From Salisapilia sapeloensis CBS 127946 (Eukaryota > Protista > Oomycota), in NCBI GenBank assembly GCA_023334545.1, contig JAADVB010000108.1:1-58165 (forward strand): DNA of 58,165 nucleotides, read 5' to 3'. Under the pieces are notes generated by a model, which searched no databases, was not told where the DNA came from, and saw only the letters and a program-made list of their open reading frames with translations. The first letter of the stretch is position 1; every line of letters starts with the position of its first letter. This document shows, piece by piece, positions 38,686 through 49,983 of this stretch. The translations under genes were made by a program, and so were the position numbers.

Positions 38686-41442
38686 ATGGACGGTACTTTG
38701 ACGACTATGACGTCTCTCGCAAGTGCGATAGAGCATACCCAAATGCTTCTATACGTTCAACCAGTGGGGGAGACTTCCTCGTCCGATTTTGATCACTGTT
38801 TACAACTTCTACGAGCCCACAGCTCGCTTTCAATCGATAATCTGCCGAAGCCTGCGGGATATTCGGCCAAGTTATCTCCTTTCCCATCCTTTTCTTGGAA
38901 AAACAATGCCTGTATTACACTCCAGTTCAATCGTGTACCGACGGATGCAGATGAAACGACTGAAGTTGAAGATGTACATGCATGTAATCGTGTCCTCGGT
39001 GTCATTGGTATCCATTGTGGTCCGACAGATGCAGCCTCTTTATCCTCCACTTTAGACCAGTTCCACCAATCCATCCAGACACTCCCAGACCTTTTAATCC
39101 ACAAATGTCTCTCCTTCCAAACACAGATACAGAACGACAGCTTCCAGGACGCTAGTTTCGAACTAATCCTTCTACCTCAAGCTCTAGACAAATGTGTTGA
39201 TTCCTCCATAACCATACCAGATCTTCATCAATCTCTACAGTCCATGGCCGTGACACTCATCCTATCGATTGAAAGCGCCGTCCGAAGCGCTCGGCAAGAA
39301 GCAGCGTCCTCCATATCGTTCACACCTACTTTGTCGTTTCTAGACACCACCACAGGCGACGATCCGTCCTCCAACACATCCAAGACACACTTGCATTCCG
39401 GTCGACAGCTCAAACTCTTCGCAGATTATGCCATCATCCTCGGCTGTCCTCTCGACGCAGCACCATTATTCACGAACGCGACGCAGCTCCTCTCCGAAGC
39501 AGCTCGCAAGAGTGACTTTCATCAATCAGGAGACCTCCTATGGCTCGCAGCATCCATCCAAGGCCAAATCCTGACGACAACGACACTCTCATTCGAGCCA
39601 AACGTCCTGGACCTATGCACCCAAGCGTTCAACTACTATAAACAAGCGAATGCACGAGAGCTACAGGGAGAAATCATTCTACTTGCATCTACCTACTTGC
39701 TCCACATACTCGTCTTAGCTTCATCAAGTCGAACTTCAGACGAGACAAAGTGGATGAAACGATTAGTTGTAGACACTTGTCATCAGATGTGGACACTCGT
39801 GCCTCATATGCGTACGAATAAAGCAGCAAGTCTACTACGCTCCTGTGGCGACGTCCTTGATAAGGTCCAATCTTCTCGTCGAGCTCTTTTATTCTATCAC
39901 GCAAGTGCCTTTGTGTCTATGAACAAAAAGCATGTACAGCAGGAAGACATCCTCTCAGCTATCTCGAGTGAAAACCTCATCAGACGACACTTGCAGCATG
40001 TATCATTCAGTAGACGACAGCCATACTGGCCGTCACTTCACATCCAGACACTTCAGAATCTACTTCACTTGTCTTCTCGTCTTCATAAACCACAGGACGT
40101 CTGTTCCTACGCCATGGAACTCCTCCATCTCCTCATCCGATGCGACGCTATCAACTCCATACCGACTCTTTCCCCCTTCTCCCTTCAAGAAAACCTTCTC
40201 CCACTTTATAAGAAGAAAACGAGTACGTCTGTAGTCGATATCACCTTGTTCGGCTCTTCCGATGCGTATGCACATCCTCCTCCGACTGTAAATTTGACAA
40301 GAAGGCGACCCAGTGGGTCGTCACCGAATGTCTACAGCATGCTGGCAATGCCTCGCACACATCTCTCCTCCACTATCGCGTCTCTAAGCACCCGACCATC
40401 TACATCCCACGAGTCTTCTCCCTTCAAGTCACCTCGTTGGATCGAAGCGACGCCATCAAAGCCACTAATAAGTACATCAGACGTCCATGTGGACGTAAAA
40501 GGTGTCCAAGAAGACATTCTACAGAAAGTAGCATCCAACTGCGATAGCATGGTCATCAAGAGCTTCCTCCAGGTCAAAGGGACGACCGTCCAAGCGGATT
40601 TAACCTGTACTATCGCAAAAGTCATCGACATACTCTCAACAGATGCATTGGACCGTCAAAAAGATTTCTACTACGATCCATTCAAGTTTTCTCAGAAAAC
40701 AAGGAAAGAAGACGACGTATTTGCTCTTCATGACGTCCTGACTCTACTTGTATCCGTTCGTAACCCTCTTCAAGTCACGCTTCAAGACATCAGTATGCAG
40801 TTAGAAATGTCCGATACAAACGTCTTCCATCAGACTCACATACCATCCGTACCACAGTTGGGAGGACAGCAGACGATAGAAATCCCACTGCACTTTTCTA
40901 TGAATCAAAGCGGATCGTACACGATCGATAAAGTCTCGATGTGTGTATCAGGTATCCCTATGTCCATCTCCTTCCCTCCAAAGCACATGACGATCGTTAA
41001 TGCGCTACCTCGTGCCAGCCTTTCCATTGCATCTACTAGCCAAGAAGGATGCCTCTACCTACAAGAACAAAGCCCTCAGTACCTTTCGCTCATGATAGAA
41101 AACGTTAGTGATGCATCCATCCGAGGTCTCTATGTCCAACTAGGACTAGTACGTAGGAAGAGAGTCGTACAGCAAGTTATTCTTGTCGATACGATCCAGT
41201 CTGCAGACGTATCCACCGACCTCCTAACCGACCAATTGTGCATCACATCCTTTGTCGATGATACGACACTAGTGATTGCGAGTGGAGAAGTGCTTTGTCT
41301 GCCATTTTCTATCGAACTAATAGCTCGAAGCAAAATGGAAGAGATTGGAGAATTAGAATGGCAAGTCGTATATGTCGGTGAAGATACGAGCGAGTATTGT
41401 CGGAAGGATACAACCCGGATAAAAGTTGTTCAAGTAATGTAA
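38686..41442 (+). CDS. TRAPPC9: TRAPP II subunit Trs120/TRAPPC9-like protein
   Basis: N-terminal alpha/beta region (RVLGVIG), GRQLKLFADYAIILGCPLDA, GDLLWLAASIQG, YYDPF, and Ig-like VRNPL. A short extra 3' exon to about 41510 is possible. Confidence 0.75.
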   Translation: MDGTLTTMTSLASAIEHTQMLLYVQPVGETSSSDFDHCLQLLRAHSSLSIDNLPKPAGYSAKLSPFPSFSWKNNACITLQFNRVPTDADETTEVEDVHACNRVLGVIGIHCGPTDAASLSSTLDQFHQSIQTLPDLLIHKCLSFQTQIQNDSFQDASFELILLPQALDKCVDSSITIPDLHQSLQSMAVTLILSIESAVRSARQEAASSISFTPTLSFLDTTTGDDPSSNTSKTHLHSGRQLKLFADYAIILGCPLDAAPLFTNATQLLSEAARKSDFHQSGDLLWLAASIQGQILTTTTLSFEPNVLDLCTQAFNYYKQANARELQGEIILLASTYLLHILVLASSSRTSDETKWMKRLVVDTCHQMWTLVPHMRTNKAASLLRSCGDVLDKVQSSRRALLFYHASAFVSMNKKHVQQEDILSAISSENLIRRHLQHVSFSRRQPYWPSLHIQTLQNLLHLSSRLHKPQDVCSYAMELLHLLIRCDAINSIPTLSPFSLQENLLPLYKKKTSTSVVDITLFGSSDAYAHPPPTVNLTRRRPSGSSPNVYSMLAMPRTHLSSTIASLSTRPSTSHESSPFKSPRWIEATPSKPLISTSDVHVDVKGVQEDILQKVASNCDSMVIKSFLQVKGTTVQADLTCTIAKVIDILSTDALDRQKDFYYDPFKFSQKTRKEDDVFALHDVLTLLVSVRNPLQVTLQDISMQLEMSDTNVFHQTHIPSVPQLGGQQTIEIPLHFSMNQSGSYTIDKVSMCVSGIPMSISFPPKHMTIVNALPRASLSIASTSQEGCLYLQEQSPQYLSLMIENVSDASIRGLYVQLGLVRRKRVVQQVILVDTIQSADVSTDLLTDQLCITSFVDDTTLVIASGEVLCLPFSIELIARSKMEEIGELEWQVVYVGEDTSEYCRKDTTRIKVVQVM

Positions 41443-41525
41443 AACCAATTTTGCGTCATGTGATTCAGCAATATCATATCATTCCAACGTCTGTATACGA
41501 AAGTAATTGAATCTTATCCACGTAG

Positions 41526-42250
41526 CTATACCTCTCGCATAGTCTCACATAACCACGTCATTCCTTCATCTAATCCTTCTCCTGTCGTTGCTACAGTCGA
41601 TACGACTTGATATGGACGATTCGCTTCTTTACATCGTTGATCGATGCAAAGGGCTTCAGTAAGTTCCTCTACACTCATCGCACCAGCCAAGTCACGTTTA
41701 TTCAGCAAAATAAGCAAGCATGCTTTCTAATAGTGACTTAGACTACATTGGCATTCCTACAAGAGTGTATGGAAGAGTCGAATACCTCTACTTGAGGATC
41801 TATAAGAAGATTTTCTAGTTCCTTCTCCACTAGCTCCAATCGTTCTCGATCAGAGCTATCAACGACAAAGACGAGTCCCTAGGACGAGTGAAAGATCAGC
41901 CACTTGTCGTGTCCATAGATATCGACTCGACGCACCTGTGTACCAGTATAGTGATGCCTCCACAAAGGTCTCAGTGCATCTTGTCCACCAACATCCTACA
42001 CCGATCATGATCATCGACATTGTACACGTAGAGCGACAAGTAACTTGGATACCCATATCATAAGCTTAAACTTAGCTTTGTGCATCGTCCTGACGTTGAA
42101 TTCAAGCGTTGGGAGTGTCGATACCTTCTTACCACTGCATAGTTGATGGAGTACCGTGGTCTTACCAGCCGCGTCGAGCCCAACGAGTAACACTCGACGT
42201 TCATCTCGAGTCCAGTAGCGCCAAAACCATCTTGAAGCGCCATTGCCCAT
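41526..42250 (-). CDS. ARF-family small GTPase, 4 exons
   Basis: MG (myristoylation), GLDAAGKT, DVGGQDALRPLWRHHYTGTQ|GLVFVVDS, NKRD, TVATTGEGL. Confidence 0.9.
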
Positions 42251-42666
42251 TGCATCTGAATCGAAACGTAGGCACAACTGGTCGCGAGTACCAACAAATA
42301 AACACGAAACTGTCGACCTAAATATACTTGCAACTTGCTATCACTCCCTCGAAAGGAACTCGCATCCCTACAAGCGTATTTATTCTACTTATCCATCTAC
42401 TAGCGTATGCTACATGTACAATCTATCAGCCTACGTCTCTCGCAGCAACTTGTATTAGCGTGTACACTAGGATATACACATAGTAGACGCAAGTACAGAG
42501 AGACGTTCCATCTAGATACTACCAATTTTCATATTTAATAATAATTTCGTTTGTATTTATTATATTTATTACTTTTATTATACATTTTAAACCTCCTTTT
42601 CTTCCTCATATTCCGTTTCGATCCAAAACGCATCAACCACCAACAAGAAACAAAAAGAGCTTGTAT

Positions 42667-43887
42667 TTATGTCATCTCCCAATCATGTTCAAACGCTATT
42701 CCTTCGTACTTGAACCCTCCTGGGATCTCCATCTCGTCCATCAAGACTTGTCCGTTCGTATCAAACACCGTTAAGAAGGATGTCTGCATATCCTCTTCTT
42801 CCACTTCGACACTTTTCACGGCCACAATGACAGAATCCTGTGTTCTCGGCACGAACTTGAACGACGAAAAGCCACGTAAAGGTGATACCTCTCCCACTTC
42901 CACCACACGTATGCTACTGAAATCTTCACTCGCAATCACCATCTTATTCGATCCTCTCATCTCATCTTCCGTATCGTTATAAGCGTCTTTACTCACACGA
43001 CGCGGGAGGATGTACCACTCGCGATGAACAGAGCTCCATTCGATCGCTTCATGGACGACATACCCAGGGTAGTCACACCCAAGAACCGATCGGACACGAC
43101 CAAAGTTGGACGTCCAGTCCTCATGGCGCATCTCGCCGTCCTTACCCATGACAGCAACCCAGAGATTCGACTCCCCGAGCTTCACACCGTTATTGTCTGT
43201 GAACTCCTTCCCGACGCTACCCATGTACAGCTCTCCATCCTTGACAGTCGCCCACTCGTGCTTCTGTCCTTTACCACTCTCGCCATTCCCTTCCATGACA
43301 ATATGCTCCGGCACGGCTGTAACTTTTTCCTTTCCTTTCTCAAAGTCCATGAGACGGAAGACGATGCCAGTGCGGTCATCAAACGTCAAGAGCTTGTGAT
43401 TATACCAGTGCAATTCACTTAATTCGAAGCCACGACCGCCTTCGTTCATCGGTGTCGAGAACTGACGGACGTCACTGAAGCTGACACTGTACGTCTCTTG
43501 GTCAGAACCTGAGAGATATGCCGTAGATTCGATTTGCAACGTCGCATGTTGCAGATACGACACGAAACGAGGCTTTTTACTATCCTGATCTTTACTCTTT
43601 TTATCTAAATCGGCGACAATGACTAGTTCAAACGAATTTGGACGTGGAAGGGCTTGCTTTACTTGTTCCCTCGTCCGCAAGTACCCTGCTTGTTCCTGAG
43701 ACGAATACAATTGCGACGGAGAGGAAGAGAGGAGCGAGGAAGTGGAAAACAAATAAGCACAACCGAAGAGTACTAAAAGGAGAAGAGCTAATGCACGGTT
43801 ACGTGCTGTAGTGTGGGACTGATAGGCTCGTGCCTGTGCAGATATGGCGCGTGTAGAACGTGGCAACTCGTCCTTGGTCGTCCACAT
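42667..43887 (-). CDS. CANT1: Calcium-activated nucleotidase/apyrase (CANT1 family) with N-terminal membrane anchor
   Basis: VADLD, GRGFELSEL, FDDRTGIV, GQKHEWAT, YMGSVGKE, GYVVHEA, RGFSSFKF, KYEG. One hydrophobic helix near the N-terminus. First ATG at 43887. Confidence 0.9.
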   Translation of the reverse strand: MWTTKDELPRSTRAISAQARAYQSHTTARNRALALLLLVLFGCAYLFSTSSLLSSSPSQLYSSQEQAGYLRTREQVKQALPRPNSFELVIVADLDKKSKDQDSKKPRFVSYLQHATLQIESTAYLSGSDQETYSVSFSDVRQFSTPMNEGGRGFELSELHWYNHKLLTFDDRTGIVFRLMDFEKGKEKVTAVPEHIVMEGNGESGKGQKHEWATVKDGELYMGSVGKEFTDNNGVKLGESNLWVAVMGKDGEMRHEDWTSNFGRVRSVLGCDYPGYVVHEAIEWSSVHREWYILPRRVSKDAYNDTEDEMRGSNKMVIASEDFSSIRVVEVGEVSPLRGFSSFKFVPRTQDSVIVAVKSVEVEEEDMQTSFLTVFDTNGQVLMDEMEIPGGFKYEGIAFEHDWEMT

Positions 43888-44282
43888 CGTACGGCCAAAG
43901 TCACTCGTCTTGCGAGGCTTTTTCGAAGCGTCAGACCCGCCGCGAAGCAGCGAAGGCAGCAACGCGTGTCCCCAGTTACTGGCCGTGCTACTGCAATCTA
44001 GCGACCGGGAGATACTGGTCGCTAAACGAGGCAGATAGGATGGACGAGCACGACTCGGAAGCGATGCGCTCGATGCTGAATTTGTGTCACGCGGTCGCGT
44101 TCGAGTATACTTTGTTATAGACGATATAAAAACAGCATGGAAGTATATTTCTACGCGCAAGATCCGTTTTTATCGGTACCACCCACGATCGCTACGTCGG
44201 AGCATACAAATATTAAGTCATTTTATATGAGCTGGTACATTTTAAAAAGGGTACACCTGAGGTACAATAGACACAAAACACA

Positions 44283-44577
44283 ATGGCGGCGAATAAAAAG
44301 GAGGAAGTCGCGGCACTTGAGACGCTGCGGGACTCCTCGGCTTCATTAGTCAAGTATCTCAATGGTATCAATGGCCAGCTAACCAAGCTGAACCAGCAAA
44401 ATGAAAGTAGGGTGGAATAGTACACGTATAGTGCGTTAAATTGGATTTAAACTTCTCTTCCTTGTAGCGGCATTGCGTGTTTTGGAGAATTGGCACAGCG
44501 TCATCGACCTTACGAAGGCAGCTAGTAAGGATGAAGGAGAGTCAGATCACTTGAATGCATCTCGAACAGCTTTATAA
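44283..44577 (+). CDS. DAD2: DASH/Dam1 complex subunit Dad2-like, 2 exons; not in the ORF track
   Basis: MAANKKEEVAALETLRDSSASLVKYLNGINGQLTKLNQQNE|TALRVLENWHSVIDLTKAAS...; matches the Dad2 pattern KxxE...L..LRD.S...L...L..L.....VL.NW..V. Confidence 0.7.
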
Positions 44578-44704
44578 TTTACGCCTTTACATTTCTCCGT
44601 TTTATTCGTTTTTTAAACACGAGGATTCATGTCGATCGTGCGTCTCTTGGTCCTTCCGTTTCAACTTTCTATCCTTACCTACTGGATATGCTCATACTGG
44701 ACAA

Positions 44705-45929
44705 ATGGCACCAATGTCCTTCAAAGGTAGCCGCGTCAACGGATTCCAACCTCCGCTATCAAGAGATCAGGTGACAAGCTGGGTCCTGCAACCCGTCCTC
44801 ATGCTCGTCAGTTTTGTCATATAAAATCTACTACGTCATGAATGATGAGACTCATGTATTATAAACTACGTAGAGCTTTATCCTATTAGCTGTACAGCTG
44901 CTAGACCCTAACAAAGTATCCAACTGTGTATACCTCTATGACCAAAAACTGACAGACCGCCATTGTACCGTGCAGGCAATACCAGTGCTCATCGCGGATG
45001 CTGTCTTGATCTTGATCATCCTACTTAATTGGACGATATGTGAAACACGGAACCCAGCTGACAGCGTAGTGTCCTACTTGTACCCTTCTAGTCATTCGCT
45101 CGACTGATAAAAACCACAGACATATAAATCGAGATGGAAGCTTTCTTGCTTGAAAATACCTAAGAAAGAGACGCGATATTGTTCATTATGTAGCAAGACA
45201 AGCTACGGTCTCGACCACCACTGTACTTGGCTCAACACTTGCATCGGTGAAAACAACTACGAAGCATTCTATTGCCTCGTTATCACTGCGACATGCCAAA
45301 CATTGCTGCAGACGGTTGTCGGAATCTGCATCGGTACCATTTGGTGGAGCGAGTGCGCAGCCAGCATCAGTCCGGACTGGAAGACAACAATCTGTCTCTT
45401 GTTATGGCTACATAATGCCATCGCTCTCGTCGTATTTACTTCTTATGCGATGCTCTCCGGTTTCCATACCTACTTATTGGTCATTGGCTGTGGCACATAC
45501 GACTTCATTTTAGCGACTGGTGATGATGGGCTTTGTGTGCGAATGCTACGATGTGGTTGCTTCGGATGGTGTAGGCGAAAGCTAAAGCATATGAAGCAGA
45601 AGAAGGGTGATTTAAAGAAAAGAGTAGTAAAGGAAGCTATTTCTGCTCGGAATACGCGAGGAGATTCGATCAAAGTCATTCCGAAACTAGGACCACCAGT
45701 GTCACTCACCCCGATGCCTTCACAACAGTTCGAGGCACATCAAGCGCCAAAAGGAGCAATCCCGAACGTAGACGCATCAAATCGAAATAGTGCAAATGCG
45801 AAAGAAGAACGATCTGCCGTGAGCGAAGTGTCGGTACCCGTAGTTTTCTCCTGTCAAGGAGAAGAGCTCGACGACGATCGGCAAGGCTTGTACTTGGAGC
45901 AAGAAGAAGCAATGCACGAATCCAAATGA
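44705..45929 (+). CDS. DHHC palmitoyltransferase, spliced
   Basis: N-terminal RVNGFQPP, Cys-rich YCSLC...GLDHHCTWLNTCIGENNY, and downstream TM helices with FHTYL. The internal 5' exon boundaries are uncertain. Confidence 0.88.
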
Positions 45930-46623
45930 TTCTGAACATGGTACTGTATTGAGTACCTTTAGAGGAAATAATAAATATGGGTTTTGTGGATCACGAACTA
46001 GTTCCCATTTCCTCTCTTGTGTACATATATTATAGCTGATCAAATCCATGAATCGGTCGTGGATACCAAAGAATGTATTCAGCTATAGCTGTAAAATTCA
46101 TTAATCATTGCGTCTCCGTTTAATCTTGTGGCTTTCATGATTAGCCCATGCTGCTCTGGTTGAGCCCATTTACTTGCATTTTTCACCTTCAACTCCCCGA
46201 CGCATTCGGATCTAATCACAAGGTATTATCGAAACTCAATCGACATACACAAATAACCCATTTGGAGTCTATACAATCATCTCCTCCACTAGGAAACAAT
46301 TCAATAGCTACAACATCCGTCCTATTCCGTCCCCAAATATCCAACCTTTCAAGATCCACTCTGTCCACCCAGACACTCGAACAAAGTATGCAACTTCAAC
46401 CTCTACAAACACATACTATCCGTTTTCAGAAACTACTTGCTTTTTGTATGTCAGCACATACGATTGGTTGTCAACTGCTTGCGACCAAGACCGACCACAT
46501 TATCTCGCGAGCAATAGGGACGTCGTCGGGTACCTCCTAACTTTCTACTACAACCAACCTTAAACAAGGTACTTTATCCATCTATCCACGACATGACCAC
46601 CACTTCTCACCGCTTAAATCTAG

Positions 46624-46965
46624 ATGCGTCACGTTGCTGCGTACATGCTTTGCGTCCTCGGAGGCAACGAATCTCCTTCGGCCGCTGATGTCAAGAAGGT
46701 CGTCGAGTCCTTCGGCGCTGAAGTCGACTCGGACCGTGTCGACTTGCTCGTCAAGGAACTTGAAGGCAAGAACCTCGAGGAGGTCATTGACGCCGGCAAG
46801 GCCAAGCTCGAGACCGTCTCGGTCGGTGCTGCCACTGGTGGTGCCGCTGCCGGTGGCGCTGCTGGTGGTGAGGCTGCTGCTGAAGAGGCTGCTGCCGAGG
46901 AGGAAGAGGAGGAGATGGACCTTGGCGGTGGCATGGACATGTTCGGCGGTGGTGAAGACTACTAA
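46624..46965 (+). CDS. RPLP2: 60S acidic ribosomal protein P2
   Basis: MRHVAAYMLCVLGGNESPSAADV, Ala/Gly hinge, acidic tail EEEEEEMDLG. Confidence 0.95.
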   Translation: MRHVAAYMLCVLGGNESPSAADVKKVVESFGAEVDSDRVDLLVKELEGKNLEEVIDAGKAKLETVSVGAATGGAAAGGAAGGEAAAEEAAAEEEEEEMDLGGGMDMFGGGEDY

Positions 46966-47065
46966 GCCCAGCGATAGACGCTGTCCTTGTTCATGATAAG
47001 CTACCAATATGAACGCCAGCTCTTCTTGCGAAGATAAAATCACTTGTTTTTTGTATTGTAAAGGT

Positions 47066-47659
47066 CTATTCGATGGTCGAGACGCGATGACAAATCAGGG
47101 CCCAGGCGGACGCGGAGATGGCACCGAATGGAAAACCAGGAGACGCCAAGAGTCGCTCTAATGGGAACAAGGTACCTTGATGGAACGTCGCGATTGGCTC
47201 GTTCCAGTACAACCATAGAAAGAAGAGGAGCAGAAGCGGCTAGAGAGATGTTAGAGGTGTAGAGTACGAGAGTAGATATGTTCATACCGTGCGGACTTGG
47301 TCCAGTCGCTTCTGTAGTGGAGACGGCTCTGCTAGTCGTTGGCGTTCCGCTAGTGATCGCGTTAATTGGACTGGTTCTGTCGATCGTATATACTTTAGTT
47401 GATAGCTACCTGCAATACCGTCCATTTGCTTCTTAATAGCATTCATCTTTCTCGTAGCTTTCGACTGTTCGACAAACGTCTGCACCGAGTTCAGTTTGTT
47501 CACGATCCGGACTTGTTCATTGTATTCTTGCAGTAGCTGCATTTCCTCAGGAGTCATTTTACTCGATGCTCCCTTTGCAAAGTGTACGACTACATTAATG
47601 CTGACTGTAATGAGCGCAATGAAGAGTGCATCGTAGCACAAGAGCTGCTCGATCTCCAT
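47066..47659 (-). CDS. GET1: GET1/WRB tail-anchored protein insertase, 3 exons
   Basis: N-terminal TM, coiled coil (LNSVQTFVEQSKATRKMNAIKKQM), and last exon PLLLLFFLWLYWNEPIATF...FPLERLLASPGFPFGAISASAWALICHRV, typical of WRB. Confidence 0.75.
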
Positions 47660-47777
47660 CTCGCTTGTGATCGTGTTTGCGTGTCAAATGTTTCAGGAAG
47701 GTTGCACTTTGTAAAGTTGTACGAAGGTCGCTTGCAAACACTGGAGGACAATTCCACAGCTCCCACGGCCAAGAAGC

Positions 47778-48081
47778 ATGAAGCCGTTGTTTGGCAAGGT
47801 CGTGTCCAACAAGATGCAAAAGTCGGTGCTTGTCGAGGTCGCCCGCATCGTCAAGGACCCCAAGTACGGCAAGTACTACAAGAAGACCAAGAAATTTATG
47901 GCTCATGACGAAGAGAGCACTTGCAACATTGGTATGCACCATCGAGTATCCACCAATGGAGTATCATCGTGCTAATATCTTATTTGCTACAGGTGACCAG
48001 GTCCGATTGTCCCAAACTCGCCCTCTTAGCAAGCGCAAGCACTGGAACGTCGAGGAGATCACTCGACGAGCCGAAGTGTAG
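47778..48081 (+). CDS. MRPS17: Mitochondrial ribosomal protein uS17m, 2 exons
   Basis: [16 protein letters not shown]...HDE...CNI|[18 protein letters not shown] (bacterial-type S17). Confidence 0.92.
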
Positions 48082-48160
48082 AAACTTATTGCCATTCTAG
48101 CCAACTTTACGGCGGATAACGCGAATAAGAACGATAAAAGCAGATTCGGTTGATCTAAGT

Positions 48161-49029
48161 CTATAATTCTTCATCTGAAAGGTCTGCAAATGGGTCTTCC
48201 ACTGGGAAATCACCGACAGCGACATTATGTGGACGGATGAATCCGCCATACTTGCTCGCACACTCAAAGTACGATGTGCCTTTTACACTTCCATCGCCTT
48301 TGCCAACTGGTTCGTCGAACTTGACACCGACCCAATAGCCAGGAGCGATTTCCGGAACGAGTCCCAAGTACATGACTTGACCACGACGACTGCCTGGCTG
48401 CACTTCACATCGATTGCCAACCGCCATTTCGCTTATAGATTCCGGTCCAGGCGCATCTGCCTCACTCACTTGTTTCTTCGGACGGTTGTCCATGGTCGTC
48501 TTGGGTTTCCAGTTCGGATCCTTTGCCAATTGCTCTCGCTTATACGCTCGCACGGTTTTCTCGCCTACATGGTCCTATTCGTAAATATTTCATCCAAAAT
48601 GGCTAGAATGCGAAATATACGTTTGTCATAGTCGTCTTCTGATATCTCGTACTTTTGGATGAGCGACGTGTCTTCCAGTCCACCTCCGCGAGACAAGGAA
48701 AATGGATCGCTGTCAACCACATGCAGTCGTTCGCCATTGATCGGACTGTAGAAACCTAACTTCTTGCTATCTTCCAATCGAACTTCCTGTCCACCACTGA
48801 GACGAACTAAATACAAGTCCATCGTCTCAGGCTTGGTGCCTGTGTGCCGATACACTTTGTACTTGACTTCACTAATCGACGCATGCAAGTCCAAACGAAT
48901 GTCGACCATTTTTCGCTGCAAGTTGCTGTGGGTAATATGCAGCAATACGATACCCTCGGGTACTTCAGCATACTCCATGCCATCCTTTGCCGTCACATAC
49001 GCGCGTAAGAGCTCCAAATCCGCCGACAT
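48161..49029 (-). CDS. TBCB: Tubulin-folding cofactor B (ubiquitin-like plus CAP-Gly), 2 exons
   Basis: UBL domain, then [11 protein letters not shown], and CAP-Gly RGQVMYLG...[21 protein letters not shown]...YFEC...GGFIRP. Confidence 0.95.
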
Positions 49030-49147
49030 GTCTTTTCCAATTTGTCCGATGCGACTTTTCCCAACTATCTTGGTGTTCGTATACAGTTAAATGCGCATGC
49101 GACCACATGTGCGCACTTAGTCAACAACAAACCCATCGACCTCGAGC

Positions 49148-49935
49148 ATGACCCAGTACTTCGTTCCTTATGTCTACTTTCCTAGCGATGGAGCTTCGTA
49201 TATCAAATTCGTAACACCCTACGGAAACTATCATGTCGAAAAGCATATTCTGTATGCTCAAATCGTCATGACGATCGTCGCAGGCTTGGTCACAGCCTTC
49301 TTCTATTACCGCTTTTGTGTCAAAAAGCGTAAATGGACGGCGTTGTACACTAAAGGCAGTACGAATGAAGTCAAGGCAGAGAGAACAAAGGTTGCATTGG
49401 AGGAGAATGTGCTCAAGAAGGGTCGGAACACCTACTATTATGCACATGACTCTACAGACAGCTCACAAACTGACGATCAAGCCACGAAATCCATCGTCTC
49501 GAGCTACGGATGGACCGACGATAAAGATACCATTAGGTCCTATAGACTCTTATTTCTTTGTTAAAAGCAAGTAGTAAAGTTTGTATCATAGTATCTACGT
49601 GACGGAAGAGGGAGCTGGTGACATTTCGACCGAGCAGATCCACCTCGTACGTCTCTATCAAATCGATCCAAACGCACCTACTAAGCCTATCTACACAGGA
49701 CTGGACACCAACGTCCTTATCACTAGACGTGACGGATGAATCTGGCAGCCAAAAGATCAAGCAGCTAGTCATTCCGACATTGTTTAACGAAATTGAGAAC
49801 GTCACGTGGCGTATTCACAAGCAGCAGCTCATCGTCACGCTAACAAAGAAACAGGTTACTCCATGGACGTCTCTCAACGGCGCAGCGAAGAATATGGACG
49901 ACCACATTCAATACGACGACAGTCTCTTTGATTAG
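49148..49935 (+). CDS. Membrane-anchored CS (p23/HSP20-like) domain protein, 2 exons
   Basis: Hydrophobic helix IVMTIVAGLVTAFFYY, a KGRNTYYYAH motif, then YGWTDD and a beta-rich C-terminus ending LIVTLTKK...PWTSL, typical of CS domains. Confidence 0.6.
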
Positions 49936-49983
49936 ATAAGCATCAATACAACCATTTCGTTTCCAATCGTAATGTATTGCAAG

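Noticed and set aside
43888-44160. 91-codon in-frame upstream extension of the apyrase ORF
   Set aside because: It begins at TTG with no ATG and lies in the divergent promoter region shared with DAD2; treated as UTR.
46148-46540. 130-aa Ser/Thr/Gln-rich plus-strand ORF upstream of RPLP2
   Set aside because: No domain signal or splice support; probably the RPLP2 upstream region.
46582-47043. Long antisense and alternate-frame ORFs over RPLP2, the AKR, BT1 and MetAP2
   Set aside because: Expected shadow ORFs from GC3-rich codon bias in highly expressed genes.
49090-49116. TGCGCATGCG palindrome resembling an animal NRF1 site
   Set aside because: Single occurrence and no basis for an NRF1-type factor in oomycetes; noted only as context.
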